A DNA stretch of 64,000 bases from Octopus vulgaris (lineage: Eukaryota), in assembly GCA_951406725.2 (NCBI GenBank), contig OX597821.1, forward strand, positions 3,472,001 to 3,536,000. The letters are read 5' to 3'. The notes below the pieces were generated by a model. It ran no database searches. It had not been told where the DNA came from and was given only the letters and a program-made list of their open reading frames with translations. The number at the start of each line of letters is the position of its first letter. Within the stretch, counting starts at the first letter, position 1. Below are positions 1 through 12,253 of the stretch, in pieces. Both the position numbers and the translations under genes were made by a program.

Positions 1-386
1 TACCAATTAGCTGTAGAAAAACATGCATTCGATTTGGAAAAGAATAAGCAATTTCGCTTTACCTATTTGTTGAAGGAGAATACGAATATGTTTTCTATAT
101 CCGTTCTACATACGTATTTCTAATTTCTGGAAGCCAACGGCTGACTAGGAATTTATGAAATTTAGACGTGTTTTAAGTGATAATATTTACGCGAAATATA
201 CGAAACAGTTGAATCACGGTCCATGCAAATGTATCTATTTGATTTTGGAAACACGGTCACAACTCACAAAGTCTGATTTTGTATTTTGAGTACATGTGCA
301 GTTTCGATATTTTCAAACGTGAATACTGGGGCACTTTGGGTATCATTAGATTAATACGTACGTGAGTGTGTACGCGTGTAAGCATG

Positions 387-570
<184 letters not shown>

Positions 571-595
571 TTTATACAGCGCTATGTAAAAAATC

Positions 596-1290
596 CCCAG
601 CCACATTGTTCCTAGTTCGCACCTTAGTCAAGGGGATTCCACTATAGCCACGAATGACCAAGTTCTTTGTGAGTAGATTTGTCAGACAGAAACTGAAAGA
701 AATCCATCATCACTATATGTGCGTGTGGGTAAAGGGGTGAGTGTGTGTATGTATCTTTGTGTCTGTCGTTGTCCCTAACCACCGTCTCGCAACCGACATT
801 GTTGTGTTAGCATTCCCATAAATTTGTTAAAGAGAAACTGAAAGAAGCCCATCGTAAATATGTGTGCGTGTGGGGATAAGGGTGAGTGTGTTTATGTCTC
901 ATTGAGTCTGTAGATGTTGTTGCTGTTGTTGTTGGTCACCTCAATCGCCTGAGGATAACAATCAGAAGCGCTAGAGCCGCGGAAGGGAGATGAATCATCT
1001 CACACATTGTAACCCATAGTTCCACTATCAGGGCCGGATATCTCAGCCAGACATGGTCTGCTGAGCCAGAGAGTCGCAGCCAGAGGTGTTCTGTCGATGT
1101 TACTCAGCACCGCTTGTCAACCGGTGTTGGTGTGTTAATGTCCCTCGTAAACTAGCGGTTCGACAAAAGAGACGGAGAGAATAAGTTCCAGGAGTAAAAT
1201 AAAATTTAATACTAGGGTCGAATCGTTCAATTAAAACGCTTCAATACGGTGTCCCAGACTGGGCGCAGTCTGTTGACTGAAACAAGTATA
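596..1290 (+). mobile_element. Old SINE family A copy, partly duplicated and interrupted by an insertion
   Basis: Degenerate matches to family A blocks (GACAGAAACTGAAAGAA; TAGCGGTTCGACAAAAGAGAC; GACTGAAACAAGTA). Confidence 0.75.
919..1089 (-). mobile_element. 5'-truncated retroposon 3' fragment with (CAA)n tail
   Basis: GTTGTTGCTGTTGTTGTTG tail on the plus strand. Flanked by near-identical TCTGTAGATGTT (about 908) and TCTGTCGATGTT (about 1090), a probable TSD inside SINE A. Confidence 0.55.
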
Positions 1291-1346
1291 ATATAATACT
1301 ATCTACAAGTATGAACTGAAATTAAAAGAAAGTACAGATTCTATGG

Positions 1347-1600
1347 GGGGCGCGTGGTTCAGTGGTTAGGGTGTCAGCACCATGATCGTAAGATTGTGGT
1401 TTCGATATCTAACCGGGCGACGCATTGTGTTCTTGAGCAAAACACTTCATTTCACGTTGCTCCAGTCTACTCAGCTGGCAAAAATGTGTAACACTGCAAT
1501 GGACTGGCGTTCCGTCCAGCGGGGGAACTCATACGCCCGAGAAACCGGGAAACCGGGCCTATGAGCCTGGCTAGGCTTTAAAAGGGAGCATTTATTTTTT
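1347..1600 (+). mobile_element. tRNA-derived SINE family C
   Basis: A-box-like TGGTTCAGTGG, B-box-like GGTTTCGATA, central GGACTGGCGTTCCGTCCAG block. TSD ACAGA(T/C)TCTATGG at 1334-1346 and 1601-1613. Homologous to 4181-4487 and 11190-11496. Confidence 0.88.
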
Positions 1601-1928
1601 ACAGACTCTATGGCGGGATACGGGATATAGTCAGAAACGATGAATATTTTTAGCAAAGGATTAGTAATATATTTTACGACAAAACAGAAAATGCCCTTTT
1701 TTTCTGTCACATCATGCAATTAGTGAAACTATGCAGGTGCTAACGCTGGTTGGGTTATAACTATTCTTCCTACAGCAAATATTGTTTGAACTGGTACACA
1801 CGGCACTTAGGTTGTTCAAATAACAGTGGAACGGGTGTGTTATGCTCCACGGTGTATATGTATTCGCATGTGTAATAGGTATGTATTTATGCATGTATCT
1901 ATGTATATATGCATATACGTATGTATGT

Positions 1929-1966
<38 letters not shown>

Positions 1967-1969
<3 letters not shown>

Positions 1970-2119
1970 TCTGTGTGGTAAGTAGCTTGCTTACAAACCA
2001 CATGTTTCCAGGTTCAGTCCCACTGCGTGACACCTTGGGCAAGTGTCTTCTACTATCGCCTTGGGTCGAACAAGGCCTTTTGAGTGTATGTGGTAGACGG
2101 AAACAGAAAGGCCGTTGTA

Positions 2120-2196
<77 letters not shown>

Positions 2197-2349
2197 TATT
2201 ATTATTATTATTATATGTAGAAAAATACAAACTGGGACAAGAACGCAAAACACTTCGAAGACGATACAAAAAACACGGACGGGATATTCGAAGCCCTCAA
2301 TCTTCAGTCAAGAACCGGATCATCGTAGCAATTTCGGCTGATTAATCTT

Positions 2350-2437
<88 letters not shown>

Positions 2438-2658
2438 CGTGTGTATATGCTTGTGTGTCTGTGTTTGTCCCTCCAACATCCTTTGACAACCGATGCTGGT
2501 GTGTTTATGTCCCCGTAACTTAGCGGTTGGACAACAGGGACCGATAGAATAAGTACTAGGCTTACAAGGAATAAGTCCTGGTATCGATTTGCTCGACTAA
2601 AGTCGGTGGTCCAGGATGGCCGCAGTCAAATACATAAATGACTGAAACATGTAAAAGA

Positions 2659-2660
<2 letters not shown>
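1967..2660 (+). mobile_element. tRNA-derived SINE family A (CORE-like; resembles octopus OR-type SINEs), with an insertion in its internal microsatellite
   Basis: Head CTGTGTGGTAAGTAGCTTGCTT...GGTTCAGTCCCAC, CORE-like CACCTTGGGCAAGTGTCTT, tail GGCCGCAGTCAAAT...GACTGAAACATGTAAAAGAGT. The family name is from recall, not a search. Confidence 0.9.
2220..2350 (-). mobile_element. Family F short repeat (CTGAAGA...GAAT), inserted in the SINE A microsatellite
   Basis: Reverse complement matches 54165-54300 and 47478-47555. Confidence 0.8.
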
Positions 2661-2699
<39 letters not shown>

Positions 2700-2703
2700 G
2701 AAG

Positions 2704-2756
2704 GAGCTTCTACAGGACTAGAACTGTTTCATTCAAAAGAAATCATCAGGAAGCTC
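2704..2756 (-). ncRNA. Type I hammerhead ribozyme, intact core
   Basis: Minus strand reads GAGCTTC-CTGATGA-tTTC tttt GAAt-GAAA-CAG ttctagtc CTG-TA-GAAGCTC: 7-bp stem I, stems II and III, GUA cleavage triplet. Confidence 0.85.
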
Positions 2757-2757
2757 T

Positions 2758-2812
2758 GAGCTTCCTGATGATTTCTTTTGAATGAAACAGTTCTAGTCCT
2801 GTAGGTAAACTC
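2758..2812 (+). ncRNA. Type I hammerhead ribozyme, mirror copy with altered stem I 3' strand
   Basis: Same core on the plus strand, but the stem I 3' side reads GGTAAACTC instead of GAAGCTC. Confidence 0.7.
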
Positions 2813-2893
2813 CTTCTATAAAATAAGTTAATTTACTCTGCTATGTATTGAGTACCTTATTTACTGTGGTTAACCCCGACTCAACCCGGGACC

Positions 2894-2943
<50 letters not shown>

Positions 2944-3559
2944 TATGCGCGTGTGTATGTGTGCGTGCGGAAATATAAATATGTGCATATATCGTAGCGC
3001 CTCAGTGTGGGAAAAATAGGGAGAGGCAAAGTGTGAAGGTTTTTTTTTATCGCGTAATATACTTGTGTGATACATTATTTAAATATACCACAGTTCATTT
3101 GATATACGTTGTATTGTGCGCATACAAATATTACACACACACACACACACATGAATACAGATATTTATGTGTGTGAGTACAGGAGAATTCGTTTGTTTGT
3201 TTGTTTGTTTTTGCTTCTTTTCAAAGCATATGCTGGAATCAAACTAAAAGTGTGTTCTGTATATATACGTTTATATATTGTTTCTAGAAACAGAAGACAG
3301 ACCAATAACAATGTTTATTAAATCATAGATATATTGCCATACATTCTGCGGAACACATAAAAGAATGCACAGCCGGTACAAGCACATTGTTGGCAAATTA
3401 GCAATGTTTGCATTGCTTGATAACATACTTGATGATATTTTCTATCATCCTGTTATGGACTGACAGCCACCTACAATAGTGGGTCTATGACGACAAAGGA
3501 ATATCAATGTAGCATTATGCTAGTGTTTCTCTACGATAATCAAATAATAGTTAAGGTAA

Positions 3560-4180
3560 AGAGTATGAGAAAACATCGTTATTTAATGAAAGTCACATGA
3601 TGTGTTTAATTATTTACTGATTAAACAGCGCTCCGTTTATTTGTCGACGTTAGACATACGCTGCTGCGCAAAATTCTGTAACGAAACTAGAAATGAATCG
3701 ATGTATTGCCTGTTTGCTTTCGACTGCTACCAACACACTCACGTAAATACTCACATGTAGTAACTATGTAGAGTCTTTTTTTTTTTGGTGGGGTCGCTTC
3801 TACGGCGATGCCAATCCGTTGCAGATACATACATATAATAGTTCGAAAGAAGTGAGTATAAATATAATAAAACAAAACATAAAAAGAGAGTATGAGAAAA
3901 CATCGTTATTTAATGAAAGTCACGTGGTGTGTTTAATTATTAACTGATTAAACAGTGTTCCGTTTATTTCTCGTTGTTAGACATACGCTGCAGCACAAAA
4001 TTCTGTAACGATACTAGAAATAAATTGATGCATTGCCTGTTTGCTTTCAACTACTACGAATACACACATATAGTAACTCTGTGGGCTGTTTTGGTCCCTT
4101 CTACGGCGATGCCAATCCGTTGCAGGTGCTATCAATGCATACATATAACAGTTCGAGTGAACTGAGAATAAATATTTAAT
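3560..4180 (+). repeat. Diverged tandem duplication of a ~330-bp unit
   Basis: GAGTATGAGAAAACATCGTTATTTAATGAAAGTCAC at about 3561 and 3888; CTTCTACGGCGATGCCAATCCGTTGCAG in both units. Confidence 0.93.
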
Positions 4181-4487
4181 TTTTATGCGCCCCTTTCAAG
4201 CCTAGCCAGGCTCATGGGCCCGGTTTCCCGGTTTCTGTGGCGTATGTGTTCCCCCCAGCTGGACGAGGCGCCAGTCCATCGCAGCGTTACTCAAGTAATA
4301 GGAAGGAAGAGTGAGAGAAAGTTGGGGCGAAAGAGTACAATAGGGGTCTCCACTACCCCCAGCCGAAGCCTTGTGAACCATTAGGTGTTTTCGCTCAATA
4401 AACACACACAGCGCCCAGTCTGGGAATCGAAACCACGATCCTCCGACCGTGAGTCCGCTGCCCTAACCACTGGGCCATTGCGCCTCC
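4181..4487 (-). mobile_element. tRNA-derived SINE family C
   Basis: Minus strand begins GGAGGCGCAATGGCCCAGTGGTTAGGGC (A box), then GGTTTCGATTCCC (B box), and ends in an A-rich tail. Imperfect TSD GAG(A/T)ATA(A/G)ATAT. Confidence 0.9.
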
Positions 4488-4961
4488 GAGTATAGATATA
4501 ATTAAACAGAAAAACAGGAAACATTGGAGAAGTAGAAATTCTTTATCTTCATCAAGAAAATCCATGCTGTAATATCATTAATAAAAAGAAATGAATCCAG
4601 ATTTTCTTTCGTAGTAGTTCTTCATACTTAGGTCGATATCCAGAGAGCTAAAACTCTAAACTCACATAGTAGAAAAGAGAGAATACAATTAATCCTTTAC
4701 AAGTGTTTCTGGATTTCGGAGATTTCTATATGCAACATTTCGCATAGCGGGTATATATATGATGTAAGAAAATGTAAATTGATGTACATTAATTTAAATT
4801 AAATAAATGGTTTTAATCTATATTATTACGTATTACATAAATCCACCATATTAAAAGTAAAACATCATTTCTGGAATTTGTAAAAAAACATTTTGAAAGG
4901 GAATAACATCAGCCACCTTTAGCATATTATAGAGCAAGGAAGGAACTCAAACATAAACATG

Positions 4962-5360
4962 TAGGCGCAGGAGTGGCTGTGTGATAAGTAGCTTGCTTAC
5001 AGGCCACATAGTTCCGGGTTCAGTCCCACCGCGTGGCATCTTGGGCAAGTGTCTTCTACTATAGCCTTGGGCCACCCAAAGCCTTGTGAGTGGATTTGGC
5101 AGATGGGAACTAAAGAAGCCCGTCGTATATATGTATAAGTATATATATATATATGTGTGTGAGGGAACGTGTGTGTGTGTGTGTGTGTGTTTATGTGTCT
5201 GTGTTTGTCCCCCCCCCCCCAACATCGATTGACAACAGATGCTGGTGTGTTTACGTCCTCGTAATCTAGAGGTTCGGCAAAAGACCTCGATAGAGTAAGT
5301 ACTAGGCTTACAAAGAATAAGTCCTGGGGTCAATTTGCTCGACTCAAGGTTATGCTCCAG
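4962..5360 (+). mobile_element. SINE family A
   Basis: Near full length, from GGCGCAGGAGTGGCTGTG; 3' end clipped by (TA)n. Confidence 0.92.
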
Positions 5361-5423
5361 TGGTATATATATATATATGTGTGGATATATATAGATAAAC
5401 GTATGTATGAATGTATGTATATA

Positions 5424-5482
<59 letters not shown>

Positions 5483-6299
5483 ATATATATATAGGCAAGT
5501 CGATTCTGAGTGCTCTTGTTCACATAAAGACAGAATGACCAGTAAAAATGATCAGGTTGATAGACTTCCACCTCATTCGTATAAAAAAATCCATCTAAAT
5601 AGAAGAGCCAAGCTCCTACCTTTCAGTGACTAACTTTGATTTCTTCCATCTAGGGGAAAATAAACACCTCCTCCAGTTATCTGGAAGTTTTGTTATCATA
5701 CACTCATTATACCTAATACTTATAGAGTAGTATTCCTTTTTGTACAGTCTTCTGTCACTATAAGTCTACGATGTACATATAATTTGCCACATCGCTGTAC
5801 TCTATGCTCCAGCCATTTTTATATCATATCGCATTATCTATTCTGATCATTCAATGTGTTTTAGCAATTGGAGCCTGGTTAAATAAGCAAACTTATTCAG
5901 CTGGAAGCATAGCTTCATAAGTCTCCATATTAGGCGACATGAGGTTTGTGTTAGAAAACTGTTAATTGATCGCTGGCAGTACCATGGATTAGAATGGAAA
6001 CTTTTTGTATCGAAAGAGCCTTATTTAGTAAGAACACTGTCCATCAAAATTTCAGGAAAGCAAGTACAAAATATAATCCAAACATTTCTTTTCCCACAAA
6101 CTCACCGGTGGCTCTTCATTCCAGTTAACACATTTATTTTTAATGGTTTGTGATAACTGAATTATTGAACACCCATTATTGTTGCTGATTTGCTTGCGTG
6201 ATGTGACTTTCTTCTGTATATGCACCAACACGTTACTTAGAAGCATAAAAGCATCTTTTAACTTATTCTGTCAGGAATTTTAGAAACGTTTTTCATTTT

Positions 6300-6565
6300 A
6301 CTTATTTCTTTATTGCCTACAAGGGCTTAAACATAGAAGGGACAAACAAGGACAGACAAAGGAATTAAGTCGATTATATCGACCCCAGTGCATAACTGGT
6401 ACTTATTTAATCAACCCCGAAAGGATGAAAGGCAAAATCGACCTCGGCAGAATTTGAACTCAGAACGTAGCAGCAGACGAAATACCTATTTCATTACTAC
6501 CCACAAGGGGCTAAACAAGGACAAACAAGGACAGACAAACGGATCAAATCGATTATATCGACCTA
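6300..6565 (-). mobile_element. tRNA-derived SINE family B (Meta-domain-like core), dimeric form
   Basis: Core GTCGA(C/T)TTTGCCTTTCATCCTTTCGGGGT(C/T)GAT on the minus strand; two copies of the 3' tail. Confidence 0.88.
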
Positions 6566-8684
6566 TTGGTAACAAATTTCAGCCATCTCTTGTATGTAAT
6601 GCCGGGAGAAATCGTAATAAATATATATGGTTTAGCTTATGATTCTTTAGTATAGGTATATTTTTAATGTATATATATTATAGACTTCGTTTGATGCAGT
6701 TACATTCGATAAAAGGGTCTTAAAATAATTAAGATGCTGCTCCATAAGACATTTAATCATAAAGCTACTTGAAAATATGTCAACTACACTATGGTTCAAA
6801 ATAAGTCTTAAACAATGTTTGTTACATAATAGTAAACGAATCCTTTAAAGTGTTTTTTTCGGAAACTGAGACACTCAACTAGTCAGGTTTATTACATAGA
6901 AAAAGTTTCAAGAAAAACAGACCGTACAGTGCTTCTTCAAATTCCCATTGTCCACGATACAGTTATGTTAAATTCAAATTCAGGGCCTTGCTGCATATTT
7001 TACATACTAAATTATTAACAAACATGCATTTAATAAATTTATCTGTTATCATACTAACCCTTAACACATATTCGTTAACAATGCTAAACTTATCGAATAC
7101 ATAAGATAAATAACTTTGACATATTTCTTGAAAATATTTATTATAATTTAGAATTGTCTGTCTTCAACTTAGAGATTATGTAAATTATCATGCCCTTGTT
7201 ATACCCTTCCTTATAAATCTTTAAATTGTGAGTTTCTATCTAATTCCTTGTGTAGAGTCTCCCTGAGATCTAGTAAAACAAAACTTTGTTTGAGAATAAT
7301 ACATAATCCTATTCGCTTTAGTTATTAATAACCTGTGATAAAACATTGCACATTTATAATGTATGTTTCTATTAAGCATATAAATGATTTTCCACCACAC
7401 AATAAACTACCTACAATAATATTCCACTACCAATAAATTGATATGAGTGCATGTATTGAATGTATGTATATATGCCCACAATTACAATTTTGTGCATACC
7501 CAACTTGCATAGTCACATAATCGTGCACATAAATTATACTTTAAGCAACATAATGCCATTTAATACCTGAGTAATCGCATAAGTTTCATACAATGGTTGT
7601 ATCCAAGCCAGGACAGAAATTTAATCTCATCCACGTGATGCAACCGATATAAATAATATAAAGAAACGTTTAATACAATAACTGTAGGAACGTAAATTGT
7701 ACAAAAGAATATGGCTCCTTAGTAAGTCACCTTGATCTTCGAGTCAGAACGTGAACCTAACTTATGATAGCATGACATAACTCAATGCCGTATATATATT
7801 CATTCCGCATCTCGAGGTTTCAGCAGAAGAATGTGTATTTCACACATTTTTCAGAACATTGAAAGATATAAATTTATTACTGAACACATATTGTTGCAGT
7901 GAACGTTACGTTCGAATTTATTGCATTCGAGAATAAATTTATGATGAGTAAACCTAAAGCCGATCGCTAATAACCACACCTCTATATCATTTCGAACTGG
8001 ATCTAGAGTAAGTGTTATTTGAAAAGCATAGCAATGTTATAGGTAGCTGCACGCTTTGCTTGGAATCTTTACAGATTCTAATCCCGCCATATTGACATTC
8101 ACTCATAGTGCTTTTAATGATGTGACAAACCATATTGGCATGGATTTCCAGATGATGTAAAATCGCTTTGTGTTACAAAGGTTAAATATAATAAAGGCCT
8201 TCATAAATTGAATTACGATAGAGAACACGATCAATAATACTGTAAATTTTGTAACACTAACTGGCAATGCTTCTTAGTATAATGTGTGTGCGAAAGAGTT
8301 GATGTTTGTTTTGTGAAACATGTGAAAATATGACTAAATATATTGTTTCCATATGTGTGTGAGTGAGCGTGTGTGCATGTGTGTGTATGTACACATAAAT
8401 ATACTCTCATAAATATAAATATATATATATATACACACACACAGATATGTATATACGTATATATATTTATATACATAATATATATATATTAATATAGCTA
8501 CATGCACAAGCACATACACACACACACACGTATATATAAATACATGCATATATACATATGTTGTTGTGTCTAGGTAGAGTCATCATGCCAATACATAAAC
8601 GAAATGTACATATACATGTATAAATATTCATACATATATATGTATATATAAATGTATATTTTTATGCATAAATATATATAAATA

Positions 8685-8768
<84 letters not shown>

Positions 8769-9309
8769 TGTATGTATGTATGTTTATATTATCGTGCATA
8801 TTTCATTTTATCTGATATTTCGTATTGGTGTCTGATAATATTTGCATGGATCACACTGACAAGCATACATCAGTCGCAGTTTCACAGACATGAAGAAAAT
8901 CAAAGAAACACACGCACTATGATTAATAAGGAATCATAAAAGTACTCGCGGTCGCCCATTACTATCGACAGTCACAATCACACGAGCATAAACACATTGA
9001 AAGAATCATGCAGAATCGCATACAGATAGATGTAGAAGCAACTCTTGTCCCTGCAAGTATTCTTATAGAAAATCACACAAATATATACATACATGCTCAT
9101 GTAAGACTAAATGCATCGAAACGCAATCACGAATTCCTACGCACATGCGCAGAGGCAATAAGCGAGGAATTTCGCATCGTTCGATGAGCGTCATTTCGCT
9201 GTGCACTTAATTGGATCTATAACAATTATTTCCTCAATTTTGTTTACAGTATTCATGCACACACATACAGACGCCCGCACACGTAGAGACACGCAGACAC
9301 ACTCACTGT

Positions 9310-9365
<56 letters not shown>

Positions 9366-9478
9366 GATATCGTTATGTGCGTATATCTCGGTCCTAACTA
9401 TATATATATGTATTCTCTTTTCATATACGTATTTATATACACTACATACACATACATGTATAAATATATGTATATGTG

Positions 9479-9565
<87 letters not shown>

Positions 9566-9970
9566 ATACACTGATGTATATACATGAACATATTCATATG
9601 CGTAAAAAATATATATATATATATATATGTATCTGTGTATGTATATGTTCGCATGTATGTATGCGTGCGATGTTAATCCTAATCAAATTCATAATTTATC
9701 CAGTCGAAATCTGTTGTTCTCGTGGAATTGATTCCAAAATGGCTAACTAAATAAATGAATCTGATCTTTAGTAGTTGGACTGGCGTTTCTCGCAAAATCG
9801 ATTGGAAGCAGCGAATGCAGCCGCTCTAAACATGTCAGGTCACCTTAAACTCTAAATCGCTTTGATACTACGCATGCTGTTAAATGAAAGACGATAATAT
9901 TTATGGCGCTGGAATACTTTCTATAATGTAAAAGCATTTTGTCTGAAGCGCAAAAATATATAAAAAAAGG

Positions 9971-10029
<59 letters not shown>

Positions 10030-10239
10030 CATATATGTACATGTAGAAAAACAGCGAAAATTTCTGTTTTACTTTGTAATTTCCTTGCGGGCTTAGTCAG
10101 AGACGGGAGGACGTTGACCTTTCAGTTTTTTGCATGCACGCCCCAACCTGGGTGCTGGGAGAGGGTAAAATGTTTTAGCACTAAAAAGTTGATTGTCTGT
10201 TGCCTCGGTATGGTGATTCGGTCCGAATATTTTATTCTT

Positions 10240-10705
10240 ATCTACTTTTACTTGTATTAGGCATTTGACTGCGGCCATGCTGGGGCACCACCTAGAATAG
10301 ATTTAGTCGAATATATCGATCCCAGGAATATTTATTTATATTTATTTTTAAAAACTGCTACTTAATATATTGGCCGGCTCTTTTGCCGAGCCGCTATGTT
10401 ACGGAGGCCGAATACAGACATAAGGATACACACACATAAATATATACTTACGCATATTTATATATATATATGTGTGTGTGTGTATGTGTGTGTGTATGTG
10501 TGTGTGCGCATGTGTGTGTGTGTGTATGTGTCGCCATGATAGATCGTTAGCTACTACACACATTGTTTTTCTCCTTGTCTTTTTCTGTTTCCTTTTCTGT
10601 AGAAGAGCGTAGGCTCGAAACGTAAAATACTTTTTTTATTCCTGAGCGTTATACTAATATATCTCTTTGTTTCGTCTTCGTCTTTTGTTTTTTCGTAAAC
10701 TCTCC

Positions 10706-10783
<78 letters not shown>

Positions 10784-10945
10784 GGAGGATTCTTCGAATT
10801 TCAGTCTACCAGATCCACTCACAAAGGTTTTGGTCTGCCCGAGGCTATAGTAGAAGCTATTTGCCCAATATGCCACCCATTGGTACTGAGCCTGGAGCCA
10901 TGTGGTTTGGAAGCAATTTTCTTACCACACAGCCACGCCTGCGCT
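10240..10945 (-). mobile_element. SINE family A with a family E insertion
   Basis: Tail at 10240-10430, head at 10785-10945, interrupted within its internal microsatellite. Confidence 0.82.
10530..10710 (+). mobile_element. Family E element with a degenerate minimal hammerhead (10593-10627)
   Basis: TTT-CTGTAGA-AGAGC gtag GCTC-GAAACGTA-AAA followed by TTCCTGAGCG, which is shared with the 21.4 kb and 63.5 kb copies. Confidence 0.7.
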
Positions 10946-11189
10946 TGGAAAGGAACCTAAAATAATTGGCACTCCGTCTGTTACGACGATGACTATTCCT
11001 GTTGATGCGATCAAAGGAAATGCTTGGTCATGAAATTCTGAAGCAAGTATGTGGCAGAGCACTCACGAGACACGCGTATACACATCGTAGTTCTGAGACA
11101 GACTCAGTGCATCACAAAATTCAGCTTGATGATGGTGGTCTTTTGAATTACAGCCCCTTTTTTATTATTCTTCCAGCTATATCGACTGG

Positions 11190-11496
11190 GTGGAGGCACA
11201 TGGTCTAGTGGTTAGAGCAGCCGACTGGTGGTCGAAGTATCACGGGTACGAATCTCAGACCGGGCGATGTGTGTGTTTATGAGCAAAACACCTCAGTTCC
11301 ACGCGGTTCTGGCAGAAGTTAATGGCGGGCTTCTGCTGACTCTTCCGCCACAACTTTCTCTCGCTCTTTCCTCCTGTATCTTGCAGCTCACCTGCGACGG
11401 ACCGGCCTCCGGCCCAGGTGGGGAACCTATACGCCAAGGAGGCCAGGAAACGGGCCCTATGAGCCAGGCGTGGCTCAAGAAGGAACAAACAACAAC
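11190..11496 (+). mobile_element. tRNA-derived SINE family C with (CAA)n tail
   Basis: A box TGGTCTAGTGG; TSD ATATCG(A/T)CTGG at 11179 and 11497. Confidence 0.88.
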
Positions 11497-11629
11497 ATAT
11501 CGTCTGGAGCAACATGAAAATGAAATTTCTTCATCAAGGAAACCACGTGACGCTGGTTACGGAAGTCAAGACATAATCCACACACACACATATATACTCG
11601 GATTTAGCAAGCGAGAAATATCACCATTT

Positions 11630-11915
11630 GCTTTTTCAAGCAATGTTGTGCACTTTGTGGAAAAAGTTTCTGCTATTATACGCAGAAGGATTGGCAGTCA
11701 CAATCATTTATTAAAGGATTGGCAGCCACAATCATTGAAGATTTTTGTAAGCGATTTGATGGTGATTTGGCAGCTATTTCAAGGAGGCCAATTGACCTTG
11801 GTAAGAACCCATACTGGGGAGAGGATTCCTTAATACTGTTCTACGACAATGTGAAAGCAACCCGTGTATTTACTGACAAAAATACTTTTCCTATTGAAGA
11901 GACTCATCCATTTGA
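11630..11915 (+). pseudogene. Possible highly decayed mariner transposase catalytic fragment
   Basis: MLCTLW and LILFYDNVKA resemble the mariner MLC.WWD and IL.HDNARPH motifs in the right order. Internal 23-bp direct repeat at 11686 and 11714. Confidence 0.4.
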
Positions 11916-11931
11916 TTACCGATTATTTTCA

Positions 11932-12000
<69 letters not shown>

Positions 12001-12004
<4 letters not shown>

Positions 12005-12214
12005 AAGGTTTGGAGATGATGTACAAGTATTATATATTAGAAGAAATGAGGGGTTTTCAAATCAAAATAATTATTTTGATTTGAAAACCCCACTAGAATG
12101 GGAGAAAGCGCTTATGATCTAAGTAATATGATATATATATGTAAAAAATGTAATATATAAATAATTATCTGTAAATATAAACCATCCGAACTTCTGATTA
12201 CCTCATTTCTTCTA

Positions 12215-12220
<6 letters not shown>
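12001..12220. repeat. Fold-back element in (TA)n with a 42-bp perfect palindrome (12050-12091)
   Basis: GGGGTTTTCAAATCAAAATAA|TTATTTTGATTTGAAAACCCC. Outer IR ATATATTAGAAGAAATGAGG / CCTCATTTCTTCTAATATAT. Confidence 0.85.

Positions 12221-12253
<33 letters not shown>

Larger units (their letters stand above)
2696..2895. mobile_element. Fold-back Penelope-like/retrozyme element with two opposed hammerheads, flanked by (TA)n
   Basis: Perfect inverted arms 2710-2756 and 2758-2804 around a 1-nt centre; (TA)n on both sides. Confidence 0.8.

Noticed and set aside
945-980. CTGAGGA...GAAGCGCTA hammerhead-like string
   Set aside because: GAAA is incomplete and there is no convincing stem I or II.
4400-4487. 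tRNA-like sequence
   Set aside because: It is the head of SINE C: continuous with the SINE body and without a complete cloverleaf.
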